Source: an uncultured Candidatus Rokubacteria bacterium | GTDB lineage: Bacteria; Methylomirabilota; Methylomirabilia; Rokubacteriales; CSP1-6 | Direction of reading: 5' to 3' | DNA length: 64,000 bases | Assembly: GCA_963789955.1 (NCBI GenBank) | Contig: CAWBMV010000037.1 | Coordinates: 192,001-256,000, forward strand | Position numbers and translations under genes: made by a program | In this document: positions 18,522 through 30,692 of the stretch, piece after piece | Numbering within the stretch: position 1 is the first letter of the stretch | Layout: every line of letters starts with the position of its first letter | Notes under the pieces: generated by a model | Told to the model about the DNA's origin: nothing | The model's input: only the letters and a program-made list of their open reading frames with translations | Databases searched by the model: none

Positions 18522-19421
18522 CTAGCCTTGACGCCGGAGCTTCGGATCCCACGCGTCCCGAAGCGTATCACCGAAGAGGTTGAAGCCCAAGACGGCCAGG
18601 CTGATCGCCAGGCCGGGAAAGATCGCGAGCCACGGCGCCTGCTCCATGAAGGCCCGGCCGGTGCTCGACAGCATCAGGCCCCACGACGGCGTCGGCGGCT
18701 GAGTGCCGACACCGAGGAAGGAGAGCGTCGCCTCGATCAGGATCGCGTTGCCGAGCCAGATCGACGCGATGACCAGGATCGGCGCCGTCACGTTGGGCAG
18801 GATGTGGCTCAGGATGATCCGCGGATGGCGACAGCCCATGGCCTGCGCCGCTTCCACGTACCGGTTCTGCTTCGCCGAGAGTACCGCGCCGCGCACGATG
18901 CGCGAGTTGCCGGGAATGATCACCATGGCGATCGCCAGCATCGCGTTGGTCGTGTTCGGCTTGAGCACCGAGACGATCGCCAGCGCGAGCACGAGCCCCG
19001 GGATCGCCTGGATCGCGTCCATGACACGCTGGACGATCAGGTCGAGCCGTCCCTCGCAGTAGCCGCAGAGGAGGCCGATGACCATGCCCACCGCGGTGCC
19101 GATGCCGACGGCGAGCAGCCCGACCCAGAGCGAGATGCGGGCGCCGTAGATGATCCGGCTCAAGACGTCGCGGCCGATGTCGTCGGTCCCGAACGGGTGC
19201 GCGCGGCTCGGCGCGGACAGCCGGATCTCCGGCTGCGTCGCCAGCGGATCGTAGGGCGCCAGCACATCGGCGAAGATCGCCATCAGGACGATCACGACGA
19301 GGAGGGCGGCCGAGATGGCCCCCAGCGGCTTCTTCCTCATCGTCCGCCAGAGCGCCTCCGCCCGGCTGATACCGGCAATCGCCGGATCGTCCAGGGGCAC
19401 GTGGAGTGGGACCGTCGCCAT
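18522..19421 (-). CDS. Peptide/nickel ABC permease (DppC-like)
   Basis: HPFGTDDIGRD, EAA motif. Confidence 0.92.
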   Translation of the reverse strand: MATVPLHVPLDDPAIAGISRAEALWRTMRKKPLGAISAALLVVIVLMAIFADVLAPYDPLATQPEIRLSAPSRAHPFGTDDIGRDVLSRIIYGARISLWVGLLAVGIGTAVGMVIGLLCGYCEGRLDLIVQRVMDAIQAIPGLVLALAIVSVLKPNTTNAMLAIAMVIIPGNSRIVRGAVLSAKQNRYVEAAQAMGCRHPRIILSHILPNVTAPILVIASIWLGNAILIEATLSFLGVGTQPPTPSWGLMLSSTGRAFMEQAPWLAIFPGLAISLAVLGFNLFGDTLRDAWDPKLRRQG

Positions 19422-19428
19422 CAGGAGC

Positions 19429-20380
19429 TCACTGGTAACGGATCCGCGGATCGAGCCATGCGTACGTCAGATCGACGAGCAGGTTCAAGCTGACCAGGAT
19501 CGCCGCGACCAGCATCACGTTGGTCTGCACGACCGGATAGTCGCGGTACAGGATCGCCTCCACCGTGAGCCGGCCCATCCCCGGCAGCGCGAAGATCTGC
19601 TCGACGACGAACGTCCCGGCCAGCAGGGTCCCGAGCTGGCCGCCGACGATCGTGACGACCGGGATCAGCGCGTTCTTCGAGCGCGTGCTTGTAGACGACG
19701 ATCCTGCCCGCGAGGCCCTTGGCCCACGCCGTGCGCACGTAGTCCTCACGCAAGGTCTCGAGAACGGTCGAGCGGGTCATCCGCATCGTCGCCGAGGAGA
19801 GGCGATAGCCGAGCACGGCCGCCGGCAGCAGGAACTGCTGCAGGTTGCGCCACGGCGCGTCCCAGAAGCTGACATAGCCGATCGGCGGGATCCAGTGGAC
19901 CCAGATCGCGGCGAAGGTGATGACGAGCGTCGCGAGCCAGAAGTCGGGAATGGAGAGGCCGGCCACCGCGACGACCCTGCCCGCGTAGTCGGCCGGCTTG
20001 TCCTGTCGCGTCGCCGACAGGACACCGATCGGCACGGCGATGACGAGTCCGATGACCATCGCCAGGGTCGCGAGCTCGAGCGTGACGGGAATCGCCTTGC
20101 CGAGCGAGACCATGATCGGCTCGTTGGTGAAGATGGAGTCGCCCGGATTCAAGCTCACCATCTGCCAGAGCCAGAGCAGATATTGCTCGTGGTAGGGCCG
20201 ATCGAGACCGAGATCCTTGCGGACCTTCGCCAGCTCTTTCTCGCCGACGTTGCCGGACTCGCCCATCAGGAGGATGAGCGCGTCGCCCGGCATGACGCGC
20301 ATCAGGCCGAAGACGATCAGCGACGAGAGCAGTAAAACCGGGACGGCCAGCAGGAGGCGTCGGATCACGTACTTCTGCAT
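19429..20380 (-). CDS. Peptide/nickel ABC permease (DppB-like, frameshifted)
   Basis: EDYVRTAWAKGL...DPRIRY. Confidence 0.9.
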
Positions 20381-20413
20381 GGCCGTCCGTGCCCTCTCCT
20401 GTCCGGTTCTCCG

Positions 20414-22110
20414 CTACTTGTCCATCCAGGCGCGCGCCAGGGTCGGCGAGCCGTAGCCGTCGGTGCGGCGAGCGCGCCGGCGGCGACGTTGCGCATGTGG
20501 GGCTGGAAGACCAGGAAGCCGTTGTCGTACGGCATCCACAGCCTGCAACGCCTGATCGAATTCGCGATCGACGATCTTCTTGGCCAGCGCGCGCTGCTCG
20601 GCGCTGATCGGGCGTCTGCCGGAGCTTCGTCGTCAGCTGGTCGATGACCGGATCGTTGACGCGGAAGAAATTCTTCGGGGATTTCGAATGCATGTACTGA
20701 TAGGACCGCTCGTCGAGACCGATCGCGTGTCCGGACTGGAATCCCCAGGACATGCCGTCCCACTTGCTGTCGACGTAGCGACCGTAATAGGTGGTGTAGT
20801 CGAGCTTCTGGATCTTGATGTCGATGTTCAGGTTCTTCTTGAGGTCTTGTTGCACGAGCTGCACCTGCGAGCTCATCTGCGGAAAGTACTCATAGTAGAA
20901 CAACGTCGTCTCGAAGCCCTTGGCTTGTCCCGCCTCGGCCATGAGCTTCTTGGCCTCGTCAGGGCGGTACTGCCACCAGGGACCGAGCTCCTTCAGGGTC
21001 GGCGCCTTGTCCTGGTAGTAGATATACGGTATGCCCCAGCCCGGAATCCCGTGGCCCTCGAAGACCGTGTCCACCTGCTTCTGGCGGTCGATGGCCATCG
21101 AGATCGCGCGTCGCACCCGCACGTCGTTGTAGGGCGGCTTGTCCTGGGCGAGGGCCAGCCCCCAGGGCGCGAGAGTGTTGTGGAACGACTGCACGAGCAC
21201 GTTCGGATTGGTCTTGCGAGCGGTCTCCACCTCGGACGGGCTCGCCAGCCAGATGAAGTCGCTCTGGCCGGTCCGGAACGCCGCCAGGCGCGTTGCGGCG
21301 TCCGGCGTGGAGAGGATGATGTACTGGTCGATGTACGGGCGGCCCTGATCGAAGTAGTCGGGATTGCGCTGGAGCACCACGCGCACCTTGCGGGTGTGCT
21401 CCTTCATGATGTACGGCCCGGTCCCGATCAGGCGCTTCTTGAGGTCGCCGTCCTCTTCCAGAACTTCCTTCGCGAAGATGAGGGCGATTGGCTCGGCGAC
21501 ATTGTGGGCGAAGAGGGCGTTCGGCGTCTTGAGGTGCACCCGGACGGTGTACTTGTCGGGTGTCTCCGTCGCCTCAATTTCCTGGAAGGTGAGCGTCTGC
21601 ACGCCCTCTTTCGCGTACTGCTTCGAAGCAGTACTTGATGTCCGCTGCGACGAGCTCGCGCCCGTTGACCGGCGGCAGGTTCTGCCACTTCACGCCCTGG
21701 CGGAGCTTGAAGGTCCACACGCGCTGGTCGGGGCTTGCGGTCCACGACTCGGCCAGGTCGCCGCGCAGGCTCAGGTCGCCTGGATTGGCCGTCTCGTCGG
21801 AAAACAAGTAGCGGACCAGACGGTTGCTGGTGAGCCCGGCGAACTGAAAGGTCCCGACCGACTGGGTCAGCCGGGGATCGATCATCGGCGGGTCCCACTG
21901 CGAGGCGCGCGTGAGCGTTCCGCCGCGTTTCGCCGGCTTCGTGCTCGCCGCGATCCACTCGGGGTAGTTGGCGCCCTGCTGGGCGGCGGCCCGTCGGGCC
22001 GGAACGCCCGCGACCAGCGCGGCGGCACCGGCACTGGCCCACCCGGCGCGCTCGAGGAAGACACGTCGCGACACGCGACGAGAACGTTTGCGAGGATCGG
22101 TGGCGGGCAT
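20414..22110 (-). CDS. Family 5 ABC substrate-binding protein with Tat signal (frameshifted)
   Basis: SRRVFL Tat motif; DLAESW, IGTGPY, VRVRRAISMAIDR. Confidence 0.88.
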
Positions 22111-22264
22111 CGAAAAGTCTCCTTGTCTCTCGGAGAATTAATGGAGCAAACCGGCCACGAGTGCGGCGAAACTCCCATAAGGCACCAGTTGAAGTCAAGC
22201 GAATCCTGGGTCATCCTCGGCCCATCGCGCGCAAGCTCGAAAACAATCCCGCACGGGAGGCTTT

Positions 22265-23814
22265 ATGCGGCCCACACACCGCCGAATCGCGCTGCTCCTC
22301 TTCTTCGCCGTCCTGGTATCCGGGCTCTTCCCACAGAACAGCGCCGCCCAGTCGGGTCCGGCCGGCGAGGTGATCGTCGCCTGGCACGTTACGATCGCGC
22401 CGACCTGGTTCGACCCGTCCACGGCGCCGCCGCAGATCACACCCTTCGGCACGCTGTACGCGATCCACGACGCGCTCGCGCGTCCGCTGCCCAACCAGAA
22501 GATGGGCGCGAGCCTGGCGGAGTCGTGGACGGAGAGCCCGGACGGGCTCGTGTACGAGTTCAAGCTTCGGCGCGGCCTCAAGTTCCACAACGGCGACCCC
22601 CTCACCGCCGAGGACGTGAAGTTCAGCTTCGAGCGGTACAAGGGCGCGGGCGCCAGGGAGTTCCAGACACGCGTGCGCGCGGTCGAGATCGTCGATCCGC
22701 TCACGGTGCGGTTCCGGCTGAACTCCCCCTGGCCGGACTTCATGACCTTCTACGGCACGACCGCCACCGGCGCCGGGATCGTCGTCCCGAAGAAGTACCT
22801 CACGCAGGTGGGAGACGACGGGTTCCGGAAGCACCCGATCGGCGCCGGGCCCTACAAGTTCGTGAGCCACACGCCGGGTGTCGACGTCGTGCTGGAGGCG
22901 TACACGGGTTACTGGCGGCGCGTGCCGAACGTGAAGCGCCTGATCCTCAAGAGCGTGCCCGAGGGCACGCACGCGTCTGGCGATGCTGAAGACCGGCGAG
23001 GCCGATATCGCGGTCGCGCTCGACGGCCCGGAAGGACATCGAGGTCAAGCGCGACCCGCGGCTTCAGCTGGTGGCCACACGACACGCGTCGATCTTCTGG
23101 ATCGAGTTCGCCGATCAGTGGGATCCGAAGTCGCCGTGGCACGACCTGCGCATGCGCCAGGCGGTCAACTTCGCGCTCGATCGCAAGACCACGAACGAAG
23201 CGGCGTGCCTCGGCTTCTGTCCGCCGGCCGGCGTCATCGTGCCGCGCGTGATGGACTTCGCGCTCCAGGTGGAGCCGTCGCCGTACGATCCGAAGAAGGC
23301 CAAGCAGCTGCTCGCCGACGCCGGCTTCCCGAACGGCCTCGACGCCGGCGACTTCGTGCCGATCCCCGGATTTCCCACGGTGGCCGAGGCCGCGGTGAAC
23401 TATCTGAACGCGGTCGGCATCCGCGTGAGGATGCGGCCGATGGAGCGCGCGGCCTTCTACGCCACGTGGCGCGAGAAGAAGCTGCACGGGCTCTTCATGA
23501 CCGCGGTCGGCAACTCCGGTAACGCGGCCAGCCGGGTGACCGAGTTCATCAGCTCCAAGGGCGCGTACGCCTACGGCGGCTACCCGGACATCGACGACCT
23601 CGTCCAGCAGCAATCCGGCGAGCGTGACGTCAAGAAGCGCGAGGCGATGCTGTTTCGCATCCAGCAGCTGACCATCGACCGGGCGATGTTCGCGCCGATC
23701 ATGGACCTCCGGGCCCTGATGGGCATCGGCCCGAAGATGGCCGACCACACGATCAACCTCGTGCCGATGACGGTGTGGCCGTCGTACGAGGACATGACGA
23801 TCAAGAACCAGTAA
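22265..23814 (+). CDS. Family 5 ABC substrate-binding protein (frameshifted)
   Basis: SLAESW, FHNGDP, PIGAGPYKF. Confidence 0.88.
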
Positions 23815-23832
23815 CGCGGCCGACCGGAGCTC

Positions 23833-24885
23833 ATGGACTTCGGGATCTTCATGGAGTTCGAGATCCGCCGCGGTGGCGACCAGGCCACCGCGTTCCGCGA
23901 GGGCTTCGACGTCGTCGACGCCGCCGAGGCGTGGGGGCTCGACGGCGTGTGGCTCGGCGAGATGCACTTCACGCCGGCCCGATCGGTGCTGTCGGCACCG
24001 ATCGTGGTGGCGAGCTCGATCGCGACGCGCACGAAGCGCCTGCGGATCGGGATGGCCGTTCAGGTGCTTCCGCTGAACAATCCGTTGCGCATCGCCGAAG
24101 AGGCCGCGACGGTCGATCAGATCAGCGCCGGGCGCTTCGATTTCGGAATCGGCCGCAGCGGCTTCCCGCGCGTCTACGACGTGTACGGCATCCCCTACGC
24201 GGAGAGCCAGGCGCGCTTTCGTGAGGCGCTCGAGATCATCCTCGAGGCGTGGAAGGGCGAGCCCTTCAGCTACAAAGGTCAGTACTTGGAGCTTCGAGAA
24301 CGCGACCGTCGCGCCGCGCCCGTATCAGTTGCCCCACCCGCCGCTCCGCATGGCCGCCACGACCGAGGAAACATTCCCGCGGGTCGGGGCAGATGGGTCT
24401 GCCGATCTTCGTCGGCCTGCGCGGCATGGACATCTCGACTCTGCGCCACCACGTGCTGGCCTACCGCAAGGCGTGGCGCGATGCCGGGCACGCCGGCGAG
24501 GGCAACGTCTATCTGCGCATCCCCGTGTACGCCGCGGACACGGAGAAGGCGGCGCTCGAGGAGCCGTTCGAGAGCGCCACGTTCTACTTCAGCCGCCAGG
24601 CCGACTTGCAGCAGACCGCCGTGGGACGCACGGGCGCCGGGCCCGCCGAGCGCTTGCAGGCCCGCGTCGAGCGGCTCGCCGGACTGTCGTACGAGCAGAT
24701 CCTGGCCGAGCGCGTCGCGTTCGGTAGCGCCGCCGGCCTGATCGACCGGTTCGCGCAGCTTCGCGAGGAGCTGAGCCTCGACGGTGTCGTCGCCGAGCTC
24801 GACGCGGGCGGGCTCATCCCGGCCGACGCGCGTGAAGCGGAGTCTCGCGATCCTGACCCGCGAGGTCATGCCCGCGTTCAAGTAG
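23833..24885 (+). CDS. LLM-class flavin-dependent oxidoreductase (frameshifted)
   Basis: WLGEMHF, PLRIAEEAATVDQISAGRFDFGIGR. Confidence 0.88.
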
Positions 24886-24948
24886 TCGAGGAAATCGGGC
24901 TGGCGTCGGGCCGGGGGCGCAGTACCATGCAGAGCCAGGAGGACCACG

Positions 24949-25248
24949 ATGACCATCGATCGCTACACGAAGGCTGTTCTGACCGTCATCGCCGTCGCGC
25001 TCGTCGTGATCGCCGTTCGGCCGTACGTCTCCGGATCGGCGCTGACCACCGCGCTCCAGGTGGCGCCGGCGCAGGCCCAGAGCATGGCCGCGCGGGAAGC
25101 GACGATCCCGAAGACCTGGGGCAAGTACGTGTCCTACAGCGGCGGAAATCTACAGCTCGAGGGCCCCGACAAGTCGATCCGCATCGTCGACCTCGACGGC
25201 AAGCCGCCGGAGTATCCGAAGCTGAAGTGGATCATTAAGTTTGAGTAG
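24949..25248 (+). CDS. Hypothetical membrane/secreted protein
   Basis: DRYTKAVLTVIAVAL hydrophobic N-terminus; AGGAGG RBS. Confidence 0.7.
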   Translation: MTIDRYTKAVLTVIAVALVVIAVRPYVSGSALTTALQVAPAQAQSMAAREATIPKTWGKYVSYSGGNLQLEGPDKSIRIVDLDGKPPEYPKLKWIIKFE

Positions 25249-25262
25249 CCGAGAACAGCGCT

Positions 25263-26466
25263 TCAGGCCGGGCGGGTCGCGCCGACGGCGCCGACCTGGA
25301 AGTGCGGGAAAGCGCGCTCGCAGGCTCGGGATATCCGGTAGCATCCGGACGTCGACGAACCCGGCGGCTTCCATCGCGCCCTGCCACTCCTCGGGCGCGA
25401 GGAAGCCGCCGTTCGGTCGATACGGCGGGTGGAGCACCGGTGACCGGAACGTCTCCATCAGGTTGAAGATGAACTCGATGTAGATCGCCTGCGCCGGCGC
25501 CGTACGAATGCACTCCGAGACGACGAGCCGGCCGCCCGGCGCGAGCGCGTCGAAGATCTCGCGCAGGGTGAAGTCGAGATCGCGCGCGACGTGCAAGGTG
25601 TTCACCGCATAGACGACCGACGCGCTCCCCCGCGCGACCCCCTGCCCCGCGAAGGGCAGGTTCATGTCGAGCCCTCCGAACTTCAGGAACGATGCGTCCG
25701 GGAAGCGTGACTCGAGCGCCTGCTGGCCCCGCCGCATGAAGAACGGCACGAGCTCGGTGAAGCGATACTCCCGAACGTCCGCCCAGCGTTCTGAGCGGCG
25801 GAGCTCGTCGAGCAGCGCCGCGGCGCCGCTGCCGAGCCCGCCGCCGAGCTCCATGATGGCCACTGGACCGGGCGGCATCAGCTCGGCCACCGCGGCGGCG
25901 CCGACGAGATTGTTCACGACGTAGAGGCCGTTGTCGTTCGAGAAGAAGTTCACCCAGAGGCGAAGCCGGCTCGGGGAGAAGAGCACCTCCTCGCCGGTTC
26001 GCTCGCCGCGCAGGAACACCGGATAGTCCTGGGCGACCGTCTCGGCCAGGAGGTACGACGGCTGCCATGAGGTGTCCAGGCGCCGCTGCGCCTCGAGAAT
26101 CTCTACGGGATCGAGCTCTGGCACCTCACCGCGAAGATGGAAGCGCGGCCCGCCCTCCGCGTCGCGCTGCTCGATGATCCCGCGATGGCTCAACCGGCGC
26201 AGCATCCAGTCGACGGGCACGCGCGCGCGGCCGGCCTCGAAGCCGGCGCGTGCGACCAGCTCGTCGGTGGTGCCGGGCGTCTCGGCAGCCTTCGCGAGCC
26301 CGCTCGTGCGAAAGATGCCGAGGGTCAAGCGCAGGACGTATTCGTCGTAGAGGGTCGCGGACCGGATGAACGGGCCCGTGAACGGAGGGCTGATGCGGGC
26401 CGGCAGGATCGCGGCGAGCTCGCGCGACCGTCGCTCCGCTTCCTCGAGCTCGACCACCTCGCTCAC
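25263..26466 (-). CDS. Class I SAM-dependent methyltransferase (resembles a PKS C-MT domain)
   Basis: MELGGGLGSG, YRFTE, VYAVNTLH, LAPGGRL. Confidence 0.82.
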
Positions 26467-27359
26467 AGGCCGAAGGGATTCCACACGTCGAAGAAATTGA
26501 ACCACTGGGTCGGCTTCTCGGCCACGATCTGCTCGAGCGTGCCCACCCAGGCGGCGAGCGCCTCCTCCTCACGGCCGCGCGTGATCGTCATCGGCGGGAG
26601 CACCCGGAGCGCGTAGCGGCCGTCACCGTCGAGCGTGCAGAACGCGGGAAGCACGGGCACCCCGGCGGCGCGCGCCAGGTGAAACGGACCCACCGGAAAG
26701 GGCGCCGGCCGTCCGAAGAACGGGATCAGCACGTCGCCGCGATTGCCGAGCGCGCGGTCACCCTGCAGCGCCACCGCGTCGCCGCGCCGGAGGGCCGCGA
26801 TCAAGGTCAGCGAGACCGTCGGATGCGACCGGGGCACGAAGCGAAGGCCGCTTCCGTCGCGGCGCAGCCAGCGCTCGAGGGCGCGCGCCTCCTCGACCGC
26901 CACCACCACGTGCGTGGTGCGGGCGGAGTGCTGGGCGAGCACACGGCCGGCGAGCTCCCAGTTGCCGACGTGGGCGGTGAGCGAGATCAGCGGGCCGTCG
27001 AAGCCCTGCAGATGCTCGCGTCCGCGGATGGCGCCCAGGTACGAGCCGATCCGCGCCGGCTGGCGGCTGGCCGTGATCAGATCGCTGAAGCACATGGCGA
27101 ACTCACCGAAGACTTCCGCGGTCAGCTCGTCGAGGCGCCGGCCGCTGGCGCCGGTCATCACCTCCAGCGTTTTCTGCGTCGCGGCGCGCTCGGCGGGAAG
27201 AAATGACTGGGCGAGGCGCCCGAGACGCCGAGCCAGCCCGAGCCGCAGCCGCCGCGGCAGCCAGCCCATCGCCGCCGCCAGGCGATAGAGCTCGGCTCGG
27301 TTGTAGCCGTGGGCATACCACTGGGGCCGCGCGCCCTCGGTCAGCGCCGAGCTTTCCAT
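26463..27359 (-). CDS. LpxL/PatA-like lysophospholipid acyltransferase
   Basis: LTAHVGNWELA, QGDR, FFG, PTQWFNF. Confidence 0.88.
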   Translation of the reverse strand: MESSALTEGARPQWYAHGYNRAELYRLAAAMGWLPRRLRLGLARRLGRLAQSFLPAERAATQKTLEVMTGASGRRLDELTAEVFGEFAMCFSDLITASRQPARIGSYLGAIRGREHLQGFDGPLISLTAHVGNWELAGRVLAQHSARTTHVVVAVEEARALERWLRRDGSGLRFVPRSHPTVSLTLIAALRRGDAVALQGDRALGNRGDVLIPFFGRPAPFPVGPFHLARAAGVPVLPAFCTLDGDGRYALRVLPPMTITRGREEEALAAWVGTLEQIVAEKPTQWFNFFDVWNPFGL

Positions 27360-27418
27360 GGAATCGAACGCAGTCTAACCACCCGGCGGGTGCGAGACAA
27401 GGTAGGATGAGGCAGCCG

Positions 27419-28537
27419 ATGACCCGCGTTCTGATCGTCACCGCCAGCTACGGCTCCGGCCACAACGTCGCCGCCCGGTGTCTCGCCGCCGCGTTCGAGC
27501 GTGAGAAGGTCGAGGTCACCGTCGTGGACCACTTTCGCGAGATGGTCCATCCGCTCTTCGATCGCTCGAGCCGGGCGCTCTATCACGCGCTCCTGCGGCG
27601 CGCGCCGTTCGTCTGGGGTCTCGGCTACGCGTTCGGCGACTGGGTCGCCAGCGACTCCGTCCTGACGTGCGGCGTCACGCGCCTCGGCACCCGGCGCCTG
27701 GGCGCGCTGCTGGAGCGGCTGGCGCCCGATCTCGTCGTCACGGTCCACGCGACTCCCGCGGTGGCGCTCTCGTCGCTCGCGCGGCAGGGCGTGCGCGTGC
27801 CCCCGCACACGACGGTGGTCACCGATTTCGTCGCGCACAGCCAGTGGATCGCGCCCCACATCGACCGCTATTGCGTCGCCGACCCCGAAGTGCGGCACGA
27901 GCTGATCGCGCGCGGCATTCCCTCCGAGCGCATCCTCGTCACGGGGGTGCCGGTGCGGCCGGAGTTCACCCATCCGGTCACGCCGGCCACCGCGCGCGAA
28001 GCGCTCGGGCTCTCGACGCATGCGCCGGTGGTCCTGGCGATGGCGGGCTCTCAGGGACAGCTCGGGCGCCTGCCCGACGTCGCTCACGCGCTGGCCGCGA
28101 TGCGACGGCCGCTGCAGGGGCTGGTGGTGGCGGGGCATGACGCGCGGCTCAAGGCAACTCTGGCCCGGATCACCGAGGGCACGACGATCCGCACGCTCGG
28201 CTACGCCGCCGACGTCCGGCGCTTGATGGCCGCCGCGGACGTCCTGGTGACCAAGGCCGGCGGAATGACGCTCGCCGAGGCCATGGCCGCGGAGGCTCCG
28301 CTGCTCCTCTACGGCTCGCTCCCGGGCCAGGAGCGCCGCAACGAGCGGTTCGCCGCGCGAGCCGGCATCGCCCTCGTGGCCCGGCGCCGCTCGGACCTGA
28401 CGCCACTCCTCGAGCGCGCCCTCGACGAGCCGGAGCTGCTCGAGGACCTGCGCGCCCGGATGCGACGGCTCCGCCGACCCGACGCGACCCGCCGGATCGT
28501 CAGCGCCATCCTGGACCGCGGCGTGCGCGCGCGATGA
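27419..28537 (+). CDS. MGDG synthase/UgtP-like GT28 glycosyltransferase
   Basis: ASYGSGH, VVTDF..HSQW, TKAGGMT, PGQERRN. Confidence 0.88.
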   Translation: MTRVLIVTASYGSGHNVAARCLAAAFEREKVEVTVVDHFREMVHPLFDRSSRALYHALLRRAPFVWGLGYAFGDWVASDSVLTCGVTRLGTRRLGALLERLAPDLVVTVHATPAVALSSLARQGVRVPPHTTVVTDFVAHSQWIAPHIDRYCVADPEVRHELIARGIPSERILVTGVPVRPEFTHPVTPATAREALGLSTHAPVVLAMAGSQGQLGRLPDVAHALAAMRRPLQGLVVAGHDARLKATLARITEGTTIRTLGYAADVRRLMAAADVLVTKAGGMTLAEAMAAEAPLLLYGSLPGQERRNERFAARAGIALVARRRSDLTPLLERALDEPELLEDLRARMRRLRRPDATRRIVSAILDRGVRAR

Positions 28538-29251
28538 TCGTCGCGCGGCTGGCGCTCGGCGCGGCCGCCGCCTGGGCCGCGTACGCGTGGGGCGCGCACC
28601 TGCTCACGGCGGGCTGCGTGTGGCGCGGACCGTCGACCGGCCGGCGCATCGCGCTCACCTTCGACGACGGCCCCGACGCCGACCTGGACCGAGCGCACGC
28701 TCGCCGTGCTCGACCGCGAAGACGTCACCGCGTCGTTCTTCCTGGTCGGCGAGCGCGCGGTGCGCGCGCAGGACACGGTCAAGCGGATCGCGGCCGCCGG
28801 GCACGAGATCGGCAGCCACGGCTGGTCGCACCGGAGCCTCTGGCTCTGCGGGCCGCGCCGCACCGAGGACGAGATCGGCCGGGCGCATCGCGTGCTCTTC
28901 GACGCGGTCGGCCGCCCGATTCGCCACTTCCGTCCGCCCTGGGGCATGGTGAACGCGGCGATGTTCCGCGCCCTCCGGCGTCACGACCAGCGCTGCGTGT
29001 TCTGGTCGATCCAGCCTGAAGGCCTGCGCGCGACACCGCCGTCCCGGCAGGTCGAGCACGTCGTGCGCCGCGCCCATCCCGGCGCCATCGTGGACCTGCA
29101 CGACGCCGAAGGCGTGCGCGACGCGCCGGAGCGGCTGCTCGCCGCCCTCCCGCCGATGATCGCGGGGCTCCGCGAGCTGGGCTACGAGTTCGCGACGGTG
29201 AGCGAGCTGCTGGAGACGCCGGGCCGCGGCGACGCGGGCAGGAGCGGGTAA
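28534..29251 (+). CDS. NodB-type polysaccharide deacetylase (frameshifted)
   Basis: LTFDDGP, HEIGSHGWSH, FRPPWG, DLHD. Confidence 0.9.
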
Positions 29252-29257
29252 CGCCGT

Positions 29258-30686
29258 CTACGACGACGAGTGGCGCCGCGCCAGGAACTTCAAGAACTCG
29301 CGCCCCTCGGCGAGGCGCCGCCGGCAGACGGCCATGTCGCTCGCCATCTCCTTGAGGAAACCGAAGAGCTTGCGCGGGCGGAAGTAGAAGCGCCGGTAGA
29401 AGCGCTCGACCGAGGCGAAGATCTCGTCGCGCGAGAGGTGCGGATAGCCGAGCACGCTGGTCTGCGTGCCGCCGGCATCGACCAGCTCCGTCCGCTCGAG
29501 CCAGCCTTGCTCGAGCGCCTCCCGATAGAGCGCGGTGCCCGGATACGGCGCCGCCAGCGAGACCTGGAGCGAATCGGGGTCGATGTCGCGCGCGAAGCGG
29601 ATCGTCTCCTCGATCGTCTCGCGCGTCTCGCCCGGCAGTCCCATGATGAACGTGCCGTGGATCTTGATGCCGAGCGCCTTCGCGTTCCGCGTGAACTGGC
29701 GCGCGACGTCGAGCCGGATGCCCTTCTTCACGCGGTTCAAGATCTCCTGGCTGCCGGACTCGTAGCCGACCAGGAGGAGCCGCAGCCCGTTGTCGCGCAG
29801 CACCCGGAGCGTCGACTCGGGCACGTTCGCCTTCGCGTTGCAGGACCACGTGACGCCCAGGCGCCCGAGCCCGCGCGCGATCGCCTCGGCACGCGGCAGA
29901 TCGTCGGTGAAGGTGTCGTCGTCGAAGAAATACTCCTTCACGTTCGGGAAGTGGCGCGTGGCCTGCGCGATCTCGGCGACGACGTGCTCGACCGAGCGCG
30001 TGCGGTAGCGATGGCCGCCCACGGTCTGCGGCCACAGGCAGAACGTGCACTTCGACCGGCAGCCGCGGCCCGTGTAGAGCGACACGTACGGGTGCAGCAG
30101 GTAGCCGATGAAGTACTGCTCGATCACGAGGTCGCGGTGGTACACGTCGACCACGAACGGCAGCGCGTCCATGTTCTCGAGCGGCGCGCGCTCGGGCGTC
30201 CGCTCGAAGTGGCCGTTCACGCGGTAGCTGAGGCCGGCCACCGACGGCGAGCGCGCGCCCCTGCGCGATCTCCTGGATCGTGAAATCGAACTCGTTCCCG
30301 GCGACGAACTCGATCGCCGGCGAGGCGCCGAGCGCGCGCTCGCGCTCGACCGCCACGTGGGCCCCGACGAAGCCGATTCGCAGGTGCTTGTTCTCGCGCT
30401 TGAGCGCCTCGGCCACGCCGACGTCGTGCGCGAACGACGCCGCGCTCGTGTGCAGGATGGCCAGCTCGTACTCCCGCGCGAGCGGCGCCACGTCGTCGAG
30501 CGTGAGGCCCGCCGGCGGCGCGTCGACCAGGCGGCTCCCCGGCACCAGCGCCGCGGTCTGCGCGAGCCAGGTCGGATACCAGAAGGAGCGGATCTCGCGG
30601 CGCGCCTGATAGCGCGCGCCGGCGCCGCCGTCGAAGCCCTGGAACGATGGTGGATGCAGGAACAGCGTCTTCAGGTGGGCGACCAT
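29258..30686 (-). CDS. hpnJ: Hopanoid-associated radical SAM protein HpnJ (frameshift near 30245)
   Basis: PPSFQGFDGGAGARYQARREIRSFWYPTWLAQ N-terminus; GRGCRSKCTFCLWPQT. Confidence 0.88.
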
Positions 30687-30692
30687 TCGCGC